A stretch of DNA of 64,000 bases from an uncultured Gammaproteobacteria bacterium (GTDB taxonomy: Bacteria; Patescibacteriota; Patescibacteriia; UBA11705; DATKZF01): positions 94,037 through 158,036 of the forward strand of contig CAYPKD010000004.1 in assembly GCA_964411255.1 (NCBI GenBank), written 5' to 3'. Under the pieces are notes generated by a model. The model worked only from the letters and a program-made list of their open reading frames with translations. It ran no database searches and had not been told where the DNA came from. Shown one piece after another: positions 46,148 through 56,930 of the stretch (position 1 is the stretch's first letter; every line of letters starts with the position of its first letter). The position numbers and the translations under genes were made by a program.

Positions 46148-46933
46148 TTATCCTTTGGCGCTTTCATATCTTTTTATTCCAGAATTCCAAAATACTCTGC
46201 TAAATAAATAGAAAGCAATGGTTATAAAAATTACTAATAGAAATTCCCATAAGGCCAGGTCATTATACATCGCCTTTGCTGGAAATGAATAAATGACAGC
46301 AATTGGCACCACTATTGATAAAATCCATTTCATTGCACCTTTATAAATTGAAATTGGATACTGGCCCAATTCATGCAATTCTGTATGTAAATATGTTGAC
46401 TGCCTGATAATTTTATAAAAACTTATGGCATAAATAATGGAAGTGATTGAGAAATGAATGATTATTCCGCAAAGCAAAACAAAAAGATAAAATAATATAT
46501 TAATCGGCTGCTGGCTGTTTAATATTCCATAAATTATTATACCAATTGCTGTGGCAATTTGTGGAATGGAAAAAATGACATCAATTTTTCTGTATGAGAT
46601 AAAAGCTTTTACATTTATTGGCTTGGTCATAAAAATGTCCAAATCTCCAAATTCGATATACCTAGGCAAATGATTAAGTCCCCTAACATATGATGCCCAG
46701 CTAATGGCTTCAATAAAAAAATATGTACCCAGCAGAATATAAGTCTGATTAATTTCCCAGCCTCCCAGAGTATCTACCTGAAGGTAAACTGCTTTAAAAA
46801 ATATAATTACAACTGCGAATCGCAAAAGTACGCCAATAAGCACAAAAGTAAAAGGAAATGGTTCACTCAGGCGATCCATCATTTCAAGCTTGGCTGTACT
46901 GCTCATTAATTTTAAATTTTTCATTAATTTCAT
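46148..46933 (-). CDS. ABC-2 family permease
   Basis: Six TM helices; immediately downstream of a second permease gene, in an operon with the ATPase. Confidence 0.6.
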   Translation of the reverse strand: MKLMKNLKLMSSTAKLEMMDRLSEPFPFTFVLIGVLLRFAVVIIFFKAVYLQVDTLGGWEINQTYILLGTYFFIEAISWASYVRGLNHLPRYIEFGDLDIFMTKPINVKAFISYRKIDVIFSIPQIATAIGIIIYGILNSQQPINILFYLFVLLCGIIIHFSITSIIYAISFYKIIRQSTYLHTELHELGQYPISIYKGAMKWILSIVVPIAVIYSFPAKAMYNDLALWEFLLVIFITIAFYLFSRVFWNSGIKRYESAKG

Positions 46934-46936
46934 AAA

Positions 46937-47731
46937 TTATGCTCCATAAGCTTCATATCTTTTAAGGCCTCTTATCCAGACAATTTTTACAATTGCTAGC
47001 AAAACAAATGTCCATAAAAGCTGAATGCCAATTCCAATAAACAATTGCTCCATGTTCAATCGGCCTAAAAAAGACTCAATTATAAAATAACCTGTATATT
47101 TAAATGGCAGAAAACTTGCAATATTTTGAATATATAAAGGCAGAAAAACAATTGGAATCCAGGTGCCGGTAAAAAGGCTGGCAACAATATCTGTAACCAT
47201 AGTAATACTTTCAGAAAATTTTACCCAAAACTCTATTAATGCCAGCAGCACTGCAAATAAAAACAAAATATTAACAGCGCCTAAAGCCGTGATTATTAAA
47301 GTCAAATACGCAATCGGATCAGTAACAAAGAAAAGATGTTCTCTGAAAATAATAAAAATCAAAATTAAAATTGGCAGCCCGATAAGCATCCGAAAAATTG
47401 TCTTTGATAAATTCATCCAATAAGTATGGGCAATATAGCTAATCGGCTTGGTCATATAAACTGACAAACGGCCTTCTCGAATTTCCTCAGCTATTGGAAT
47501 CCAGGGAAAAATAGCAGCAAACAAATAAACAACTATCAAATAATACGTGACAATTTGCTCTTTTGAATATCCCATTAATTCTGCTCTTTCTCCAAAAACA
47601 GTTGACCATAAATAAAAAACGCCAATCATTGAAATCATAGCGATTATAAAATGTATTAGCGTATTAAAACGATATTCTAACTGTACCTGCCAAAAATTTT
47701 TAAAAACTAAAAAATATTTTCCAAGCTTCAT
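46937..47731 (-). CDS. ABC-2 family permease
   Basis: Six TM helices; first gene of the permease-permease-ATPase operon. Confidence 0.6.
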   Translation of the reverse strand: MKLGKYFLVFKNFWQVQLEYRFNTLIHFIIAMISMIGVFYLWSTVFGERAELMGYSKEQIVTYYLIVVYLFAAIFPWIPIAEEIREGRLSVYMTKPISYIAHTYWMNLSKTIFRMLIGLPILILIFIIFREHLFFVTDPIAYLTLIITALGAVNILFLFAVLLALIEFWVKFSESITMVTDIVASLFTGTWIPIVFLPLYIQNIASFLPFKYTGYFIIESFLGRLNMEQLFIGIGIQLLWTFVLLAIVKIVWIRGLKRYEAYGA

Positions 47732-47841
47732 CTTTATTTTTATGTTTATTTAATTAAATTATAGCATATTTTTGTTATTCAATATATTACTAAAAAAACA
47801 GGCTGAATAACCTGTTTCAATATTACATTATTTTATAACTT

Positions 47842-48351
47842 TTATTCCTTGTTCAATTCCGTAAAAAACATTTTCAAAGCATTTTGCAAAGACTCTCGTA
47901 TTTGCTTATCATACTTTGGACGATCTATGGCGTTGCCCGCACCTAAGCGAAACCCAGCTCCATCTTCCAAATAACTGCACTCAATTTCCTGTCCATAAAA
48001 TGTAACTTTCCCAGTTTCTTCTCTTGGCTCTCCGTATTCTGCTTCAGCACCAACCTGATAAGAGCTTGAAATATCTATCAGAAAATCTTTTTTCCCAGCC
48101 TTTAATACTAAAAGTTCAAACATCTCTTTAATCTTTTTTTCCAAATCAGACACAGTAGCATAACCTAATGACGCCCTGCCCTCTTCAAATGCAATTATTT
48201 CATCAAAAAAAAGAGCAGTTATTTGCTCTATGTTGTTTTCCCCAAAATCTGAAATTTTTCCAGCTTGTTCATCTAATAAAAAATAATCATCCAGTAAAAT
48301 CTCCCCCTCTGCTGGTGTTTCTGGCCCCCCTTTTTCTGGATTTAATACCAT
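47842..48351 (-). CDS. acidic hypothetical protein
   Basis: 169 aa ORF. Confidence 0.45.
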   Translation of the reverse strand: MVLNPEKGGPETPAEGEILLDDYFLLDEQAGKISDFGENNIEQITALFFDEIIAFEEGRASLGYATVSDLEKKIKEMFELLVLKAGKKDFLIDISSSYQVGAEAEYGEPREETGKVTFYGQEIECSYLEDGAGFRLGAGNAIDRPKYDKQIRESLQNALKMFFTELNKE

Positions 48352-48526
48352 ATGTTTGAAGCTAATTTATGTACTTTTATTATATCAAAAAAATGCTATT
48401 TTCCAAAATAATAAGGTAATTTTAAAAAAAATTTTACCTGTAATTATCCAAGATTGAATAGCTATACTATTACTTTAACTAAGGTTTTAGCTTTTTTATT
48501 ACAGCTCAATCATAATCATCCCTTTC

Positions 48527-48660
48527 GTGGGGTCTGGGGTGGCCACTCAGCGCCATATAAAAAAGCGTCAAATCGTATTCATTGTGATAGCGATTTGGCC
48601 ACCCCAGAACTTTTTGGTTCTTTTTGGTTACAAAAAGAACAAGGCCGCGCGCCTAGCGCA
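48527..48660. repeat. structured dispersed repeat, diverged copy E with compensatory substitutions
   Basis: Long-range stem is now ctggggtggcc/ggccaccccag; hairpin is gttctttttg-gttac-aaaaagaac; both structures retained despite sequence change. Confidence 0.65.
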
Positions 48661-48777
48661 CCATGAAAAAACATACATTAATGAAAATTCATATAAAGGG
48701 TTTTATAAGAAAGTAAGCATACCCCATAAAAAAAACACTATTTATCAAAATTAAATAGCATCTTTGTAATTTATCGT

Positions 48778-49734
48778 TTAAACTGATTTTCTACTCATTA
48801 CAGCCTGCCAAATCAGGCTTATTATTGAAATTAATACAAACATTCCAATAATTACTGAACCTATGCCCAAAAAGAAAACAATTATTGAATCCTGCGGCTG
48901 TGGATTTGAAATAATATCAAAATTTTGGGTTTCAATAGCTGCTTGAAATTCATCTGATAATAATCCAATTAAAATTACCGGCGTGACCAAAACCGCATTA
49001 TGAATCAAATGATTGGCAATTGCCCAGCCAAGTCCAAATTTCATTCTGACAAACCCCAGTATCAGGCCAAGAATGAATTGCGGCAGAATTATAAGCGGCG
49101 CTAAAAACCAAATCTGCTCAAAATCCAAAAAATTAAATAAATGGAGCAGGGCAAAAACAAATGCTGCGCTGTAAAAAATATAATTAAACTTTTTTAAATA
49201 AAATTTTTCAATTTTTTCTTTTTTTACTTTTTTTCTAAAAAGAAATCCTAAAAGCAGGCCTACAACCATTATAAAAAAAACAAAAGAAATAATTCCCCAA
49301 ATTTGCGTAATTGAAAAAATCCACTCAGGTAAAAGAACTGCAAATCCATGCCAAACTTCAGTTAAAAGGCCAAAAAATATTATTAAAATAAAGGCAATTG
49401 AAAAACTTAAACGAAATGGCGAATACTTTAATCCCATACGAAAAGTCAGTTCTTCTGCCAATGGTGCCCAAACCAAACTAAGTAAAAGCACTAAATACAA
49501 TGGCTGATTTAATAAAAGATCAACAACTGCATGCCGCTGCTCATCATATTCAAAAATTGATAAAACAATATTTATAAAAATTCCGACAACAATGGCTATT
49601 GTCAAGAACAATGCCCAGATTCTGATCACATCCCAAAGCTTTGATCTTATCTTTTGCCTTGAAACCTCAATACCATAGTTTGGCTTAGTCAGAAATCTGA
49701 AAAAAGATATTAAAATACTGTTTTGTTTTTCCAT
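48778..49734 (-). CDS. CPBP-family intramembrane metalloprotease (CAAX protease / Abi)
   Basis: 'APLAEELTFR' (EExxxR), 'FALLHLFNF' (FxxxH), 'ANHLIHNAV' motifs; multiple TM helices. Confidence 0.7.
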   Translation of the reverse strand: MEKQNSILISFFRFLTKPNYGIEVSRQKIRSKLWDVIRIWALFLTIAIVVGIFINIVLSIFEYDEQRHAVVDLLLNQPLYLVLLLSLVWAPLAEELTFRMGLKYSPFRLSFSIAFILIIFFGLLTEVWHGFAVLLPEWIFSITQIWGIISFVFFIMVVGLLLGFLFRKKVKKEKIEKFYLKKFNYIFYSAAFVFALLHLFNFLDFEQIWFLAPLIILPQFILGLILGFVRMKFGLGWAIANHLIHNAVLVTPVILIGLLSDEFQAAIETQNFDIISNPQPQDSIIVFFLGIGSVIIGMFVLISIISLIWQAVMSRKSV

Positions 49735-49803
49735 AAAAGATATTACTTTCTTATTTTATCACAAATGAAACAAAGCATAAAACAATAAAAAAGCCAAGTT
49801 ATA

Positions 49804-50547
49804 TTAAACTTGACCAATATATCCTCCATGCGGACAAGGCTCATTACAATTATAAAAATTATAGCACCACTGCCGAACATCATCTGTCCAAAATTGTTCT
49901 TTAAATCCCGGAAGTTCCAAATTTATTCTTTCAAGCTCATTCCCATGACCACCAATAACAACATGCAGAATATGTCTATCATTATTTTTCTGAAATTGCT
50001 CAAAGGCATACATAAAATAGTCCCAGCGCTCAATGGCATAAAAAGCTAAAGCCTCCATTTTTCTTGTTTCTGCCAGTTCGGCCATTATTTCTCTGGCATC
50101 AGAAGGAAAACCTTTATGTTCTTCAAGGCAAAATTGCAATAAAAATGCTCGGTGAAACTCATCAAAAGCTTCTTTTGGCAAAAAACTAAACATATTGCGA
50201 ACTGCAAGATACTCATCAAGATCATCATCTGCTTCAACATTTTTTTCAGCTAAAACTATATCTCGGCCAAGCTCACCCTCACCAAGATCATGAATTAAAA
50301 ATGCTGTTAAAAGAAGGTGCTTATCCAAATCAACATACTTGCTAAGCATCGTTATCATAATATTGCCAAGTACACTCAGCGCAATTGTATGCTGCAAACA
50401 ATCTTGCTTTCGCAATTCATCATTTTTTTCAATAAATCTGCCCCAGCGGATAACCTTTGGCATTCTGACCTGAATGCCTGACCATACGTCTACACAATTT
50501 TGTAAAAATTCAGCAGGTATAGTAACCAATCTATTCTTCTGGTGCAT
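49804..50547 (-). CDS. HD-domain phosphohydrolase
   Basis: 'HTIALSVLG' ... 'FLIHDLGE' H...HD motif. Confidence 0.55.
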   Translation of the reverse strand: MHQKNRLVTIPAEFLQNCVDVWSGIQVRMPKVIRWGRFIEKNDELRKQDCLQHTIALSVLGNIMITMLSKYVDLDKHLLLTAFLIHDLGEGELGRDIVLAEKNVEADDDLDEYLAVRNMFSFLPKEAFDEFHRAFLLQFCLEEHKGFPSDAREIMAELAETRKMEALAFYAIERWDYFMYAFEQFQKNNDRHILHVVIGGHGNELERINLELPGFKEQFWTDDVRQWCYNFYNCNEPCPHGGYIGQV

Positions 50548-50795
50548 TTGGCCACCTTTCGATGCTTGTTTTGCATCACCAACTCAATGCCATTCAGAAA
50601 TATTTTGAACATCTGTAGTATACATGATTTTTATAAAAACTTATCCACAACCAACTTTAACTAATTATATTAAATTTATTTAAATTAACCTCGAGCAAAA
50701 GACGCTCTTGCAATGTAGTTAATAAAGCTTTTCATTGACAAAATTCAAGTTTATTGATAAAATATTTTGAAATCTGATCTTTTCATGGAGGAAAA

Positions 50796-51392
50796 ATGAC
50801 AGCCAGCCAAATTTTAGCAATAATAGCAAATATTATTATATTTGCAGTATATGTCACATATTTAAAGCAAGTGATAACAGGACAGTCAACTCCAAATCCA
50901 GCTACTTGGCTTATCTGGTTTTCAGTATTGCTGATCAATTCCATTACATATATAATCATCACTGAAGATGTTTATAAAAGCTTTATTTCTATTTCAGCCT
51001 GCATGTTTGTTGGAATCATTCTGGTTTTATCTTATTTCAAAGGAGCTCTTAGGCCGTTAGAAAGAGTGGATAAATGTGCATTGATTGGAGTATTACCAAT
51101 TGTAATATTCTGGCAAATCTCAGAAAATGCAGAAATTTCAAATCTATCATTACAGGCAATTCTGTTTATATCCTTTATTCCAACAATCATGAGATTGCTG
51201 GATGGGACACTAAAAGAAGCCACAATTTTACCCTGGAATTTGGCAGTCATTGCCTATGGATTTCAGATTGCTGCAATTTTAGTCGATTTTAATGGAAATT
51301 ATTACTCTATTGCCTTTCCAATAGTCAATGGAATTTTGGGCAATGGTGCTGTGGCTGTTACAATTTTATATATAAACAAAAAGAGAACCTGA
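50796..51392 (+). CDS. 6-TM membrane protein, hypothetical
   Basis: TTGACA-17-TAAAAT promoter at 50737-50765; RBS ggagg. Confidence 0.5.
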   Translation: MTASQILAIIANIIIFAVYVTYLKQVITGQSTPNPATWLIWFSVLLINSITYIIITEDVYKSFISISACMFVGIILVLSYFKGALRPLERVDKCALIGVLPIVIFWQISENAEISNLSLQAILFISFIPTIMRLLDGTLKEATILPWNLAVIAYGFQIAAILVDFNGNYYSIAFPIVNGILGNGAVAVTILYINKKRT

Positions 51393-51425
51393 CATTAGGT
51401 TCTTTTTTAAATTAGTCATCGGTCA

Positions 51426-53411
51426 TTATTTAAATTCTGCCTGAAAAACTCCATCAAAATCTCTTGGCGGATTTTGTAAATATTTTCTAATTCTTTGCAA
51501 ATATAAATCAATCACTTTGTCTTCTGGATATTTGTTTTTTAATTTTTCAAAAACGTATTTTGCTTCTTTAAATCTGCCCTGCAGATAAATTCTGGCAGCT
51601 CTGTTAAATTCAGAAGCAAACTGTTCATGCTTACCGCTTCTCACCTTCACTCCCAAAACTTCATATATTTTCACACCCTTATCTTTGCCTTTTACAGCCA
51701 CATTATCTAAATATCTGACCACAAATTCATCTTTAATTTTTTCTGCAGTTATTGCTGAAACAATTATTTGTACGCCATAATACTTAGTTAATCCTTCAAG
51801 CCTGGATGCCAAATTTACATCATCTCCTATTACTGTATAATCAAATCTTTTCTTTGATCCAATATTACCAACTATCACCTTCCCAGTATTAATTCCAATC
51901 CCAATATTAATCTCAGGCTTGCCGTTTGATCTGTTTTTCTTATTAAATACTTTTAGCTTTTCAACCATCATTAATGCGGACCTGATTGCATCTTTTTCAT
52001 GATTTTTATTTTCCAAAGGCGCATTCCAAAATGCCATAATTGCATCACCAATATATTTATCAATCACTCCGTCATTTTCAATTATTACATCTGACATAGC
52101 TGATAAATAATCATTTAATAATTCAACCAAATTTTCTGTTGATAATTTTTCAGAAAGAGAAGTAAAGCCTCTAATATCTGAAAACAATATGCTTAAAGTC
52201 TTTTTTTCTCCTCCCAAATTCAGCTTTTCAGGCCTGGCAATCAATTCATCAACCACTTCTTTTGCCACATATTGTGAAAACCCAGCCCTAATCTTTTTCT
52301 TTTCCTTTGATTCAAGCAGATATTTCGCAAAAATACCTAAAAAGTAAATTACAATCATTAATAATATTGGATATAAAATTGGGATGATAAAGCCTGAGGC
52401 AAATAAGGCTGAACAGAAAATCAAATAGACAATCATTAATAACAATAATAAAAATACTGAATATCTAATTCGTATACTAAAAACAATCAGGCCGATTATA
52501 ATTGCCAGCATTGCTAAATGCAACAAATATTGGATATCATTATCAATCTCTCTTAAAAAATCTTTTTGTAAATAACTTTCAATTAAATTTGCCTGGATCT
52601 CAACGCCTGACATTGCCTGTCCACGAGTGGAAGCAGTAAAATACTCATCATGCAGATTATTTGCTGTTGCCCCAACCAATACGATTTTATCTTTTAATTT
52701 TCTACTTTTAAAATCATTTTCTAAAACATCTGAAAAAGAATAGGTTTTAAAAGTATCTTGCGGTCCGAAAAATTTTATACGAAATAAACCATATTGGTTA
52801 AAATCATAAATCTTCGGATTAGTCTCTTTTTCTTCAGCCCAAAATCCGGCAGCTCTTAAAATCTCCGCATAAAATGGCGATATCTGTTCATCATTATATC
52901 TAATATAAAATGGGACTTTGCGAATCTTGCCGTCAACATCTGGAATAAGTACTGAATGACCAATATTGTGATTGAATCTTATATCACCTATAGGAAATAA
53001 AGTGTCAGTGAACTGGGGGATTTTATTTTGTCTTAGTTTTATTTGACCTTCCATTGGAAAAACAACATTGTCATAATTATTTAGTGTTTGCAAAAATATT
53101 TCATCACCATTTCCTTTTTCGCTAAAAGTAACATCATAGCCAATTGCTCTGGCTCCAGAATTTTCAAGTTTTTCAATCATTTCAGCATGCATTTCTCTGT
53201 TCCACGGCCACTGGCCAAACTGCTGGATTGAATCATCATCAATGGCAACAATTACAATTTTACTCGAGATATCTTCTTTAATGAATAATTTATCCTGAAG
53301 CTGAGTATCAAAATTCCAAAAAATTCTAAAATAAAACAAAGCAAAAATTAAAGCAACACCCCCCAGTATTGCCAAAATTGCACTGAAAAATTTTGTGGAT
53401 TTTTTTACCAT
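51426..53411 (-). CDS. CHASE2-domain class III adenylate/guanylate cyclase
   Basis: N-terminal TM + CHASE2 ('VIVAIDDDSIQQFGQWPW'), TM cluster, C-terminal cyclase domain ('LSILFSDIRGFTSLSE', 'GDAIMAFW', 'IGINTGKVIVGNIG'). Confidence 0.8.
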   Translation of the reverse strand: MVKKSTKFFSAILAILGGVALIFALFYFRIFWNFDTQLQDKLFIKEDISSKIVIVAIDDDSIQQFGQWPWNREMHAEMIEKLENSGARAIGYDVTFSEKGNGDEIFLQTLNNYDNVVFPMEGQIKLRQNKIPQFTDTLFPIGDIRFNHNIGHSVLIPDVDGKIRKVPFYIRYNDEQISPFYAEILRAAGFWAEEKETNPKIYDFNQYGLFRIKFFGPQDTFKTYSFSDVLENDFKSRKLKDKIVLVGATANNLHDEYFTASTRGQAMSGVEIQANLIESYLQKDFLREIDNDIQYLLHLAMLAIIIGLIVFSIRIRYSVFLLLLLMIVYLIFCSALFASGFIIPILYPILLMIVIYFLGIFAKYLLESKEKKKIRAGFSQYVAKEVVDELIARPEKLNLGGEKKTLSILFSDIRGFTSLSEKLSTENLVELLNDYLSAMSDVIIENDGVIDKYIGDAIMAFWNAPLENKNHEKDAIRSALMMVEKLKVFNKKNRSNGKPEINIGIGINTGKVIVGNIGSKKRFDYTVIGDDVNLASRLEGLTKYYGVQIIVSAITAEKIKDEFVVRYLDNVAVKGKDKGVKIYEVLGVKVRSGKHEQFASEFNRAARIYLQGRFKEAKYVFEKLKNKYPEDKVIDLYLQRIRKYLQNPPRDFDGVFQAEFK

Positions 53412-55055
53412 TTATTCAAAAGTTACGCCTAATAAATTTATACTATCATCATCTTCGAGCACAATCTCAAATTTTTCCATAAATACTTGCATATCTGTTT
53501 TCAAATCTACCAATTTATTCTCCTGATCAAGAATTCTGGCTGATAAATCACTGACCAGCTCTCCATATTGATACAACTCATCTCCCAGTAAATCATCAAG
53601 CACATTTAAATCATTGGTTGTGCCAATAGCTTCTTTATTCAAATTCTGCAGCTGCATTTGTATTTCACTTAGCCTTTTTTCCAGACTTTCATAATTTTTA
53701 TAATAATCTTCCAGTTCATCCTTTGAATAAAAAGCCCGGTCTTTTTGAGACTGTTCAATTTTTTCTAATTGGGCTAAGAGTTGTCCAAGGTTTTGCTCAG
53801 TATTGCTAATCCGTAGATTTATTTCCTGCATTTCAGCTTTTAAATTTTTTAAGGTAATATCTCCATTATTTTCAAAAGTTTCTCCATCTTGCTGTAATTC
53901 ATCTGCAATATTTTCAATTGCCGTCTCGATCCGAGGCTTTGAAATCCTGGTATTCTGAAATATTCTATTTATTAAAAAGTCTTTTTGATTTGCATCAAAT
54001 ATATTGTTTAAATAAAAATTCTTAATTTGCTCGTCCTGCATTAAATTTTCCTTTATCTGTGGGTCAAATGCTTTTATTCTTTGAATAAATGGAAGTATTT
54101 GCGGATCAACATCCATTTTATTTATAATTGCCAACGCCTGATCTTTTCTGCCACTTTCAATCAATGCCTCTACTTCTAAAAGCCTTTTTATTTTTATATT
54201 TCTGACAATTTTTTCTTTTTGATATTTATCAAAAGCTGTCATTAATGAAATTCTCTCGCTTAATTTCTTTAAATTATAAAATTTGTCTCCGGGAAGCGGA
54301 CCGACCTGATTTAAAATACGCTTTCGTCTTTTAGAAATTTCATCTTTAAAATCTGAATCTCTTTCTAAATTATTTTTCACCCAGGATTTTTTTCTCTCAT
54401 CAATCCTTAATTTTCTTTTCTGAAATCGTGATCTTTTTAATGTTTCTATTTCATCAGCTGACGCTGTCTCATCAATTTTTACTGGCTGATAAATCAAAAC
54501 ATCTTCTTCATTGACTTCAACCTCTCCTTCTTCGTCAGAAACCTGGACTGTATTTTCAAAAACCGCCACATTTACTTCATCACCTAAATAAGAAACGTTA
54601 AATGAAGTGCCACGCACAGTAGCTACCACATTATCAGCCTCGACTTCAAAAGCCGCATCTGGGTGTAAAAGCTCCAATAAACGAGACCAGACTTGGCCTT
54701 CTTTTAAATTAACTTTAACTTTTGTCAAAAGAGGTGAATTCTCATCAATCACTCCCTTGGTAATTTCAATTTCAGTATTTTCATCTAGAATAATCTCCTG
54801 AGTATCGTAAAACACTATTTTAGCTTTTGAATTCTCGTCAGTTTTCACACTGTCACCCTGCATTAAAGGCATGTCTCCGGAGACTTTAATATAGCCTTCA
54901 CCGTCTGATTTGTAATAAACACTGCCCTTTTCCTCATAAAGTAAAATGGCAGGATCTTCAAGGTCAATTGAGCTTGCATAAGCTGTCATTAATGCCCAGC
55001 CGCCAACTCCAGCTATAATAATAATAATTAGGATAAATATTATAGATTTTTTCAT
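53412..55055 (-). CDS. FecR-domain membrane protein with a long coiled-coil C-terminus
   Basis: N-terminal TM; 'VSGDMPLMQGDSVKTDENSKAKIVFYDTQEIILDENTEIEI' FecR-like beta-sandwich; directly upstream of and abutting the CHASE2 cyclase. Confidence 0.55.
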   Translation of the reverse strand: MKKSIIFILIIIIIAGVGGWALMTAYASSIDLEDPAILLYEEKGSVYYKSDGEGYIKVSGDMPLMQGDSVKTDENSKAKIVFYDTQEIILDENTEIEITKGVIDENSPLLTKVKVNLKEGQVWSRLLELLHPDAAFEVEADNVVATVRGTSFNVSYLGDEVNVAVFENTVQVSDEEGEVEVNEEDVLIYQPVKIDETASADEIETLKRSRFQKRKLRIDERKKSWVKNNLERDSDFKDEISKRRKRILNQVGPLPGDKFYNLKKLSERISLMTAFDKYQKEKIVRNIKIKRLLEVEALIESGRKDQALAIINKMDVDPQILPFIQRIKAFDPQIKENLMQDEQIKNFYLNNIFDANQKDFLINRIFQNTRISKPRIETAIENIADELQQDGETFENNGDITLKNLKAEMQEINLRISNTEQNLGQLLAQLEKIEQSQKDRAFYSKDELEDYYKNYESLEKRLSEIQMQLQNLNKEAIGTTNDLNVLDDLLGDELYQYGELVSDLSARILDQENKLVDLKTDMQVFMEKFEIVLEDDDSINLLGVTFE

Positions 55056-55145
55056 AAAAATAAGTTTATTAGAAGTACATATAATTTACCTAATTTTATT
55101 CAATTTGACAACTTTTATTTAGAACTTTCAACCGTTTATAGAAAC

Positions 55146-55334
55146 GGGGGTCTGGGGGGCTGATTGCCCGATGCGCGATACCTGCACATAATCAATACTT
55201 CGCATTTGAAGCCCCCCAGCGGTTTTTGCCCAGCACCAAAACAAAGTTTGGTGCTGGGTCGGCGCAAGCCGAGAACCGTATGGTTCTGGGCAAGTCAACA
55301 TTGAAAAGCCCAAAGCAGGCTCCAGGCCTGTTTT
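55146..55334. repeat. structured dispersed repeat, copy C with a compensatory hairpin swap and an inserted hairpin
   Basis: Core identical; central palindrome replaced by cccagcaccaaa-acaaag-tttggtgctggg; extra hairpin agaacc-gtat-ggttct; ends caggc-tccag-gcctg+TTTT. Confidence 0.8.
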
Positions 55335-55446
55335 GAAAAAAGTGACCTTTGCGTTATTAATCTTTAAAATAATTTAGTAGCTATTGTTGTTTCACAAAAA
55401 AACCAGATGTAAATCTGGTTTTTTATATATCATTTGTATAAATCTT

Positions 55447-55863
55447 TTACTTTATCTCAAACTGCTTTTTCACTGGCTCAGCATTATCAGTATGAATTTT
55501 TAACTCAACTTCATATCTACCAGTTGGCCAGCCTGCAGGCGGCGCAGTTAAAGCTGAATAAATACTGGAAGTTACTTCTTCTATATCCACAGTGACTGAA
55601 TCAATTTCAACAACTGGATCTTCATCTAAATAACGCCAATAAAATGTTACCTGCGTCCCCTCTGGTGCATTATTTAATACCGCAGTCACATAGATTTCCT
55701 CTAAATCAGTTGCAAATTCTGCTTGGTCCTCAGCGCATAAATCTCCCTCTGGAATCTCGCACATTTTTACATCAGTTAAATTTGCAGTTGATACTTCACA
55801 AGATGATGCCATGATAAACACACAACTGGCAATCAAAAACAAGGATAAAATTTTTGTTTTCAT
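55447..55863 (-). CDS. small secreted/lipoprotein, hypothetical
   Basis: Signal peptide with 'ASSC' lipobox-like site; acidic. Confidence 0.45.
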   Translation of the reverse strand: MKTKILSLFLIASCVFIMASSCEVSTANLTDVKMCEIPEGDLCAEDQAEFATDLEEIYVTAVLNNAPEGTQVTFYWRYLDEDPVVEIDSVTVDIEEVTSSIYSALTAPPAGWPTGRYEVELKIHTDNAEPVKKQFEIK

Positions 55864-55909
55864 AATTTTTCATTAGTAGTTAATCTATATATATTTTATC
55901 AAAAAAATA

Positions 55910-56737
55910 TTATTGATTCAATGCATCAATCTCTTCTGTATCCTCTATATCTGTCCAGTTTTGCAATACTCTGCCATAGACAGAGATTGTCCAATATTCA
56001 TAATTTGATCCAGTAACACCTTGTTCCTCATCCCCTGCCAATCCTGTAAAGCAGGCCCATTCAATTCTATTATTAACAAACTCAACCCTGCAAGGATAAA
56101 CTTCTGCTCCTGTAGCAGTCTTATGCAATGTTTCAACATTATAAACTTCATAAACATCATCTTCATTTACAACTAATAAATTTCTTTGTTCATATGATAA
56201 TAACTTATTGGCCTTGGCTCCATGGGGCCAAAAATATCCAGCAGCTAAATCCAGACCTTCATCTAAATGGCAGACATAAAATGCATAAAAATCTGATGAA
56301 TGTCTGTACTGAGCATATTCAGCCAATTTCTTTTCTAGATCTTGAATATATTTTGTGGTATAAATATCCAAATCCATTTGAGCTCTCATTTTTTTATTGA
56401 CAATTAATGAACTCAATAAATCTCCGCCATATGTTTGGCCGTTTGCCATGCCAATACAGTCTGAAGAGGCATAGCCTTCAAATCCAAAATAATCATCAGA
56501 CGGGAATTCAATAGCCCATTGTTTATAAATGTCTTCAACAGGCTTTTTCTTTGGTTTTGTCCGTTCCTCAGTGGCAACTGAAGTCTGTTCTTCAACTTCT
56601 AAAACATCAACAGGAGTGGTGACAGTATCTTGCTCAATCTGCTTTTCTTTTTTAAAACGATCAAAAATGTCAGTTACGCTGCATCCGCTTAAAAAAATTA
56701 AGCATGACATTAAGATAAATATTAAATATTTTCTCAT
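55910..56737 (-). CDS. lipoprotein, hypothetical
   Basis: 'LIFLSGCSV' lipobox; 275 aa. Confidence 0.5.
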   Translation of the reverse strand: MRKYLIFILMSCLIFLSGCSVTDIFDRFKKEKQIEQDTVTTPVDVLEVEEQTSVATEERTKPKKKPVEDIYKQWAIEFPSDDYFGFEGYASSDCIGMANGQTYGGDLLSSLIVNKKMRAQMDLDIYTTKYIQDLEKKLAEYAQYRHSSDFYAFYVCHLDEGLDLAAGYFWPHGAKANKLLSYEQRNLLVVNEDDVYEVYNVETLHKTATGAEVYPCRVEFVNNRIEWACFTGLAGDEEQGVTGSNYEYWTISVYGRVLQNWTDIEDTEEIDALNQ

Positions 56738-56930
56738 ATTTAATTCTTAATTTAATAATCCAGAATTTAGGTTTCAGAATACATGATCTAGGACACTTTC
56801 ATTATAACATTTTGCTAAATTTTAATAAAATGTCTATTCAATCATGAAACAATAAAAAATAGGATTGACAAATACCCAAAATCAATTTATTATTAAACAT
56901 CAAGTGTTCTTTTTATTAAAGGAGGGTAAA

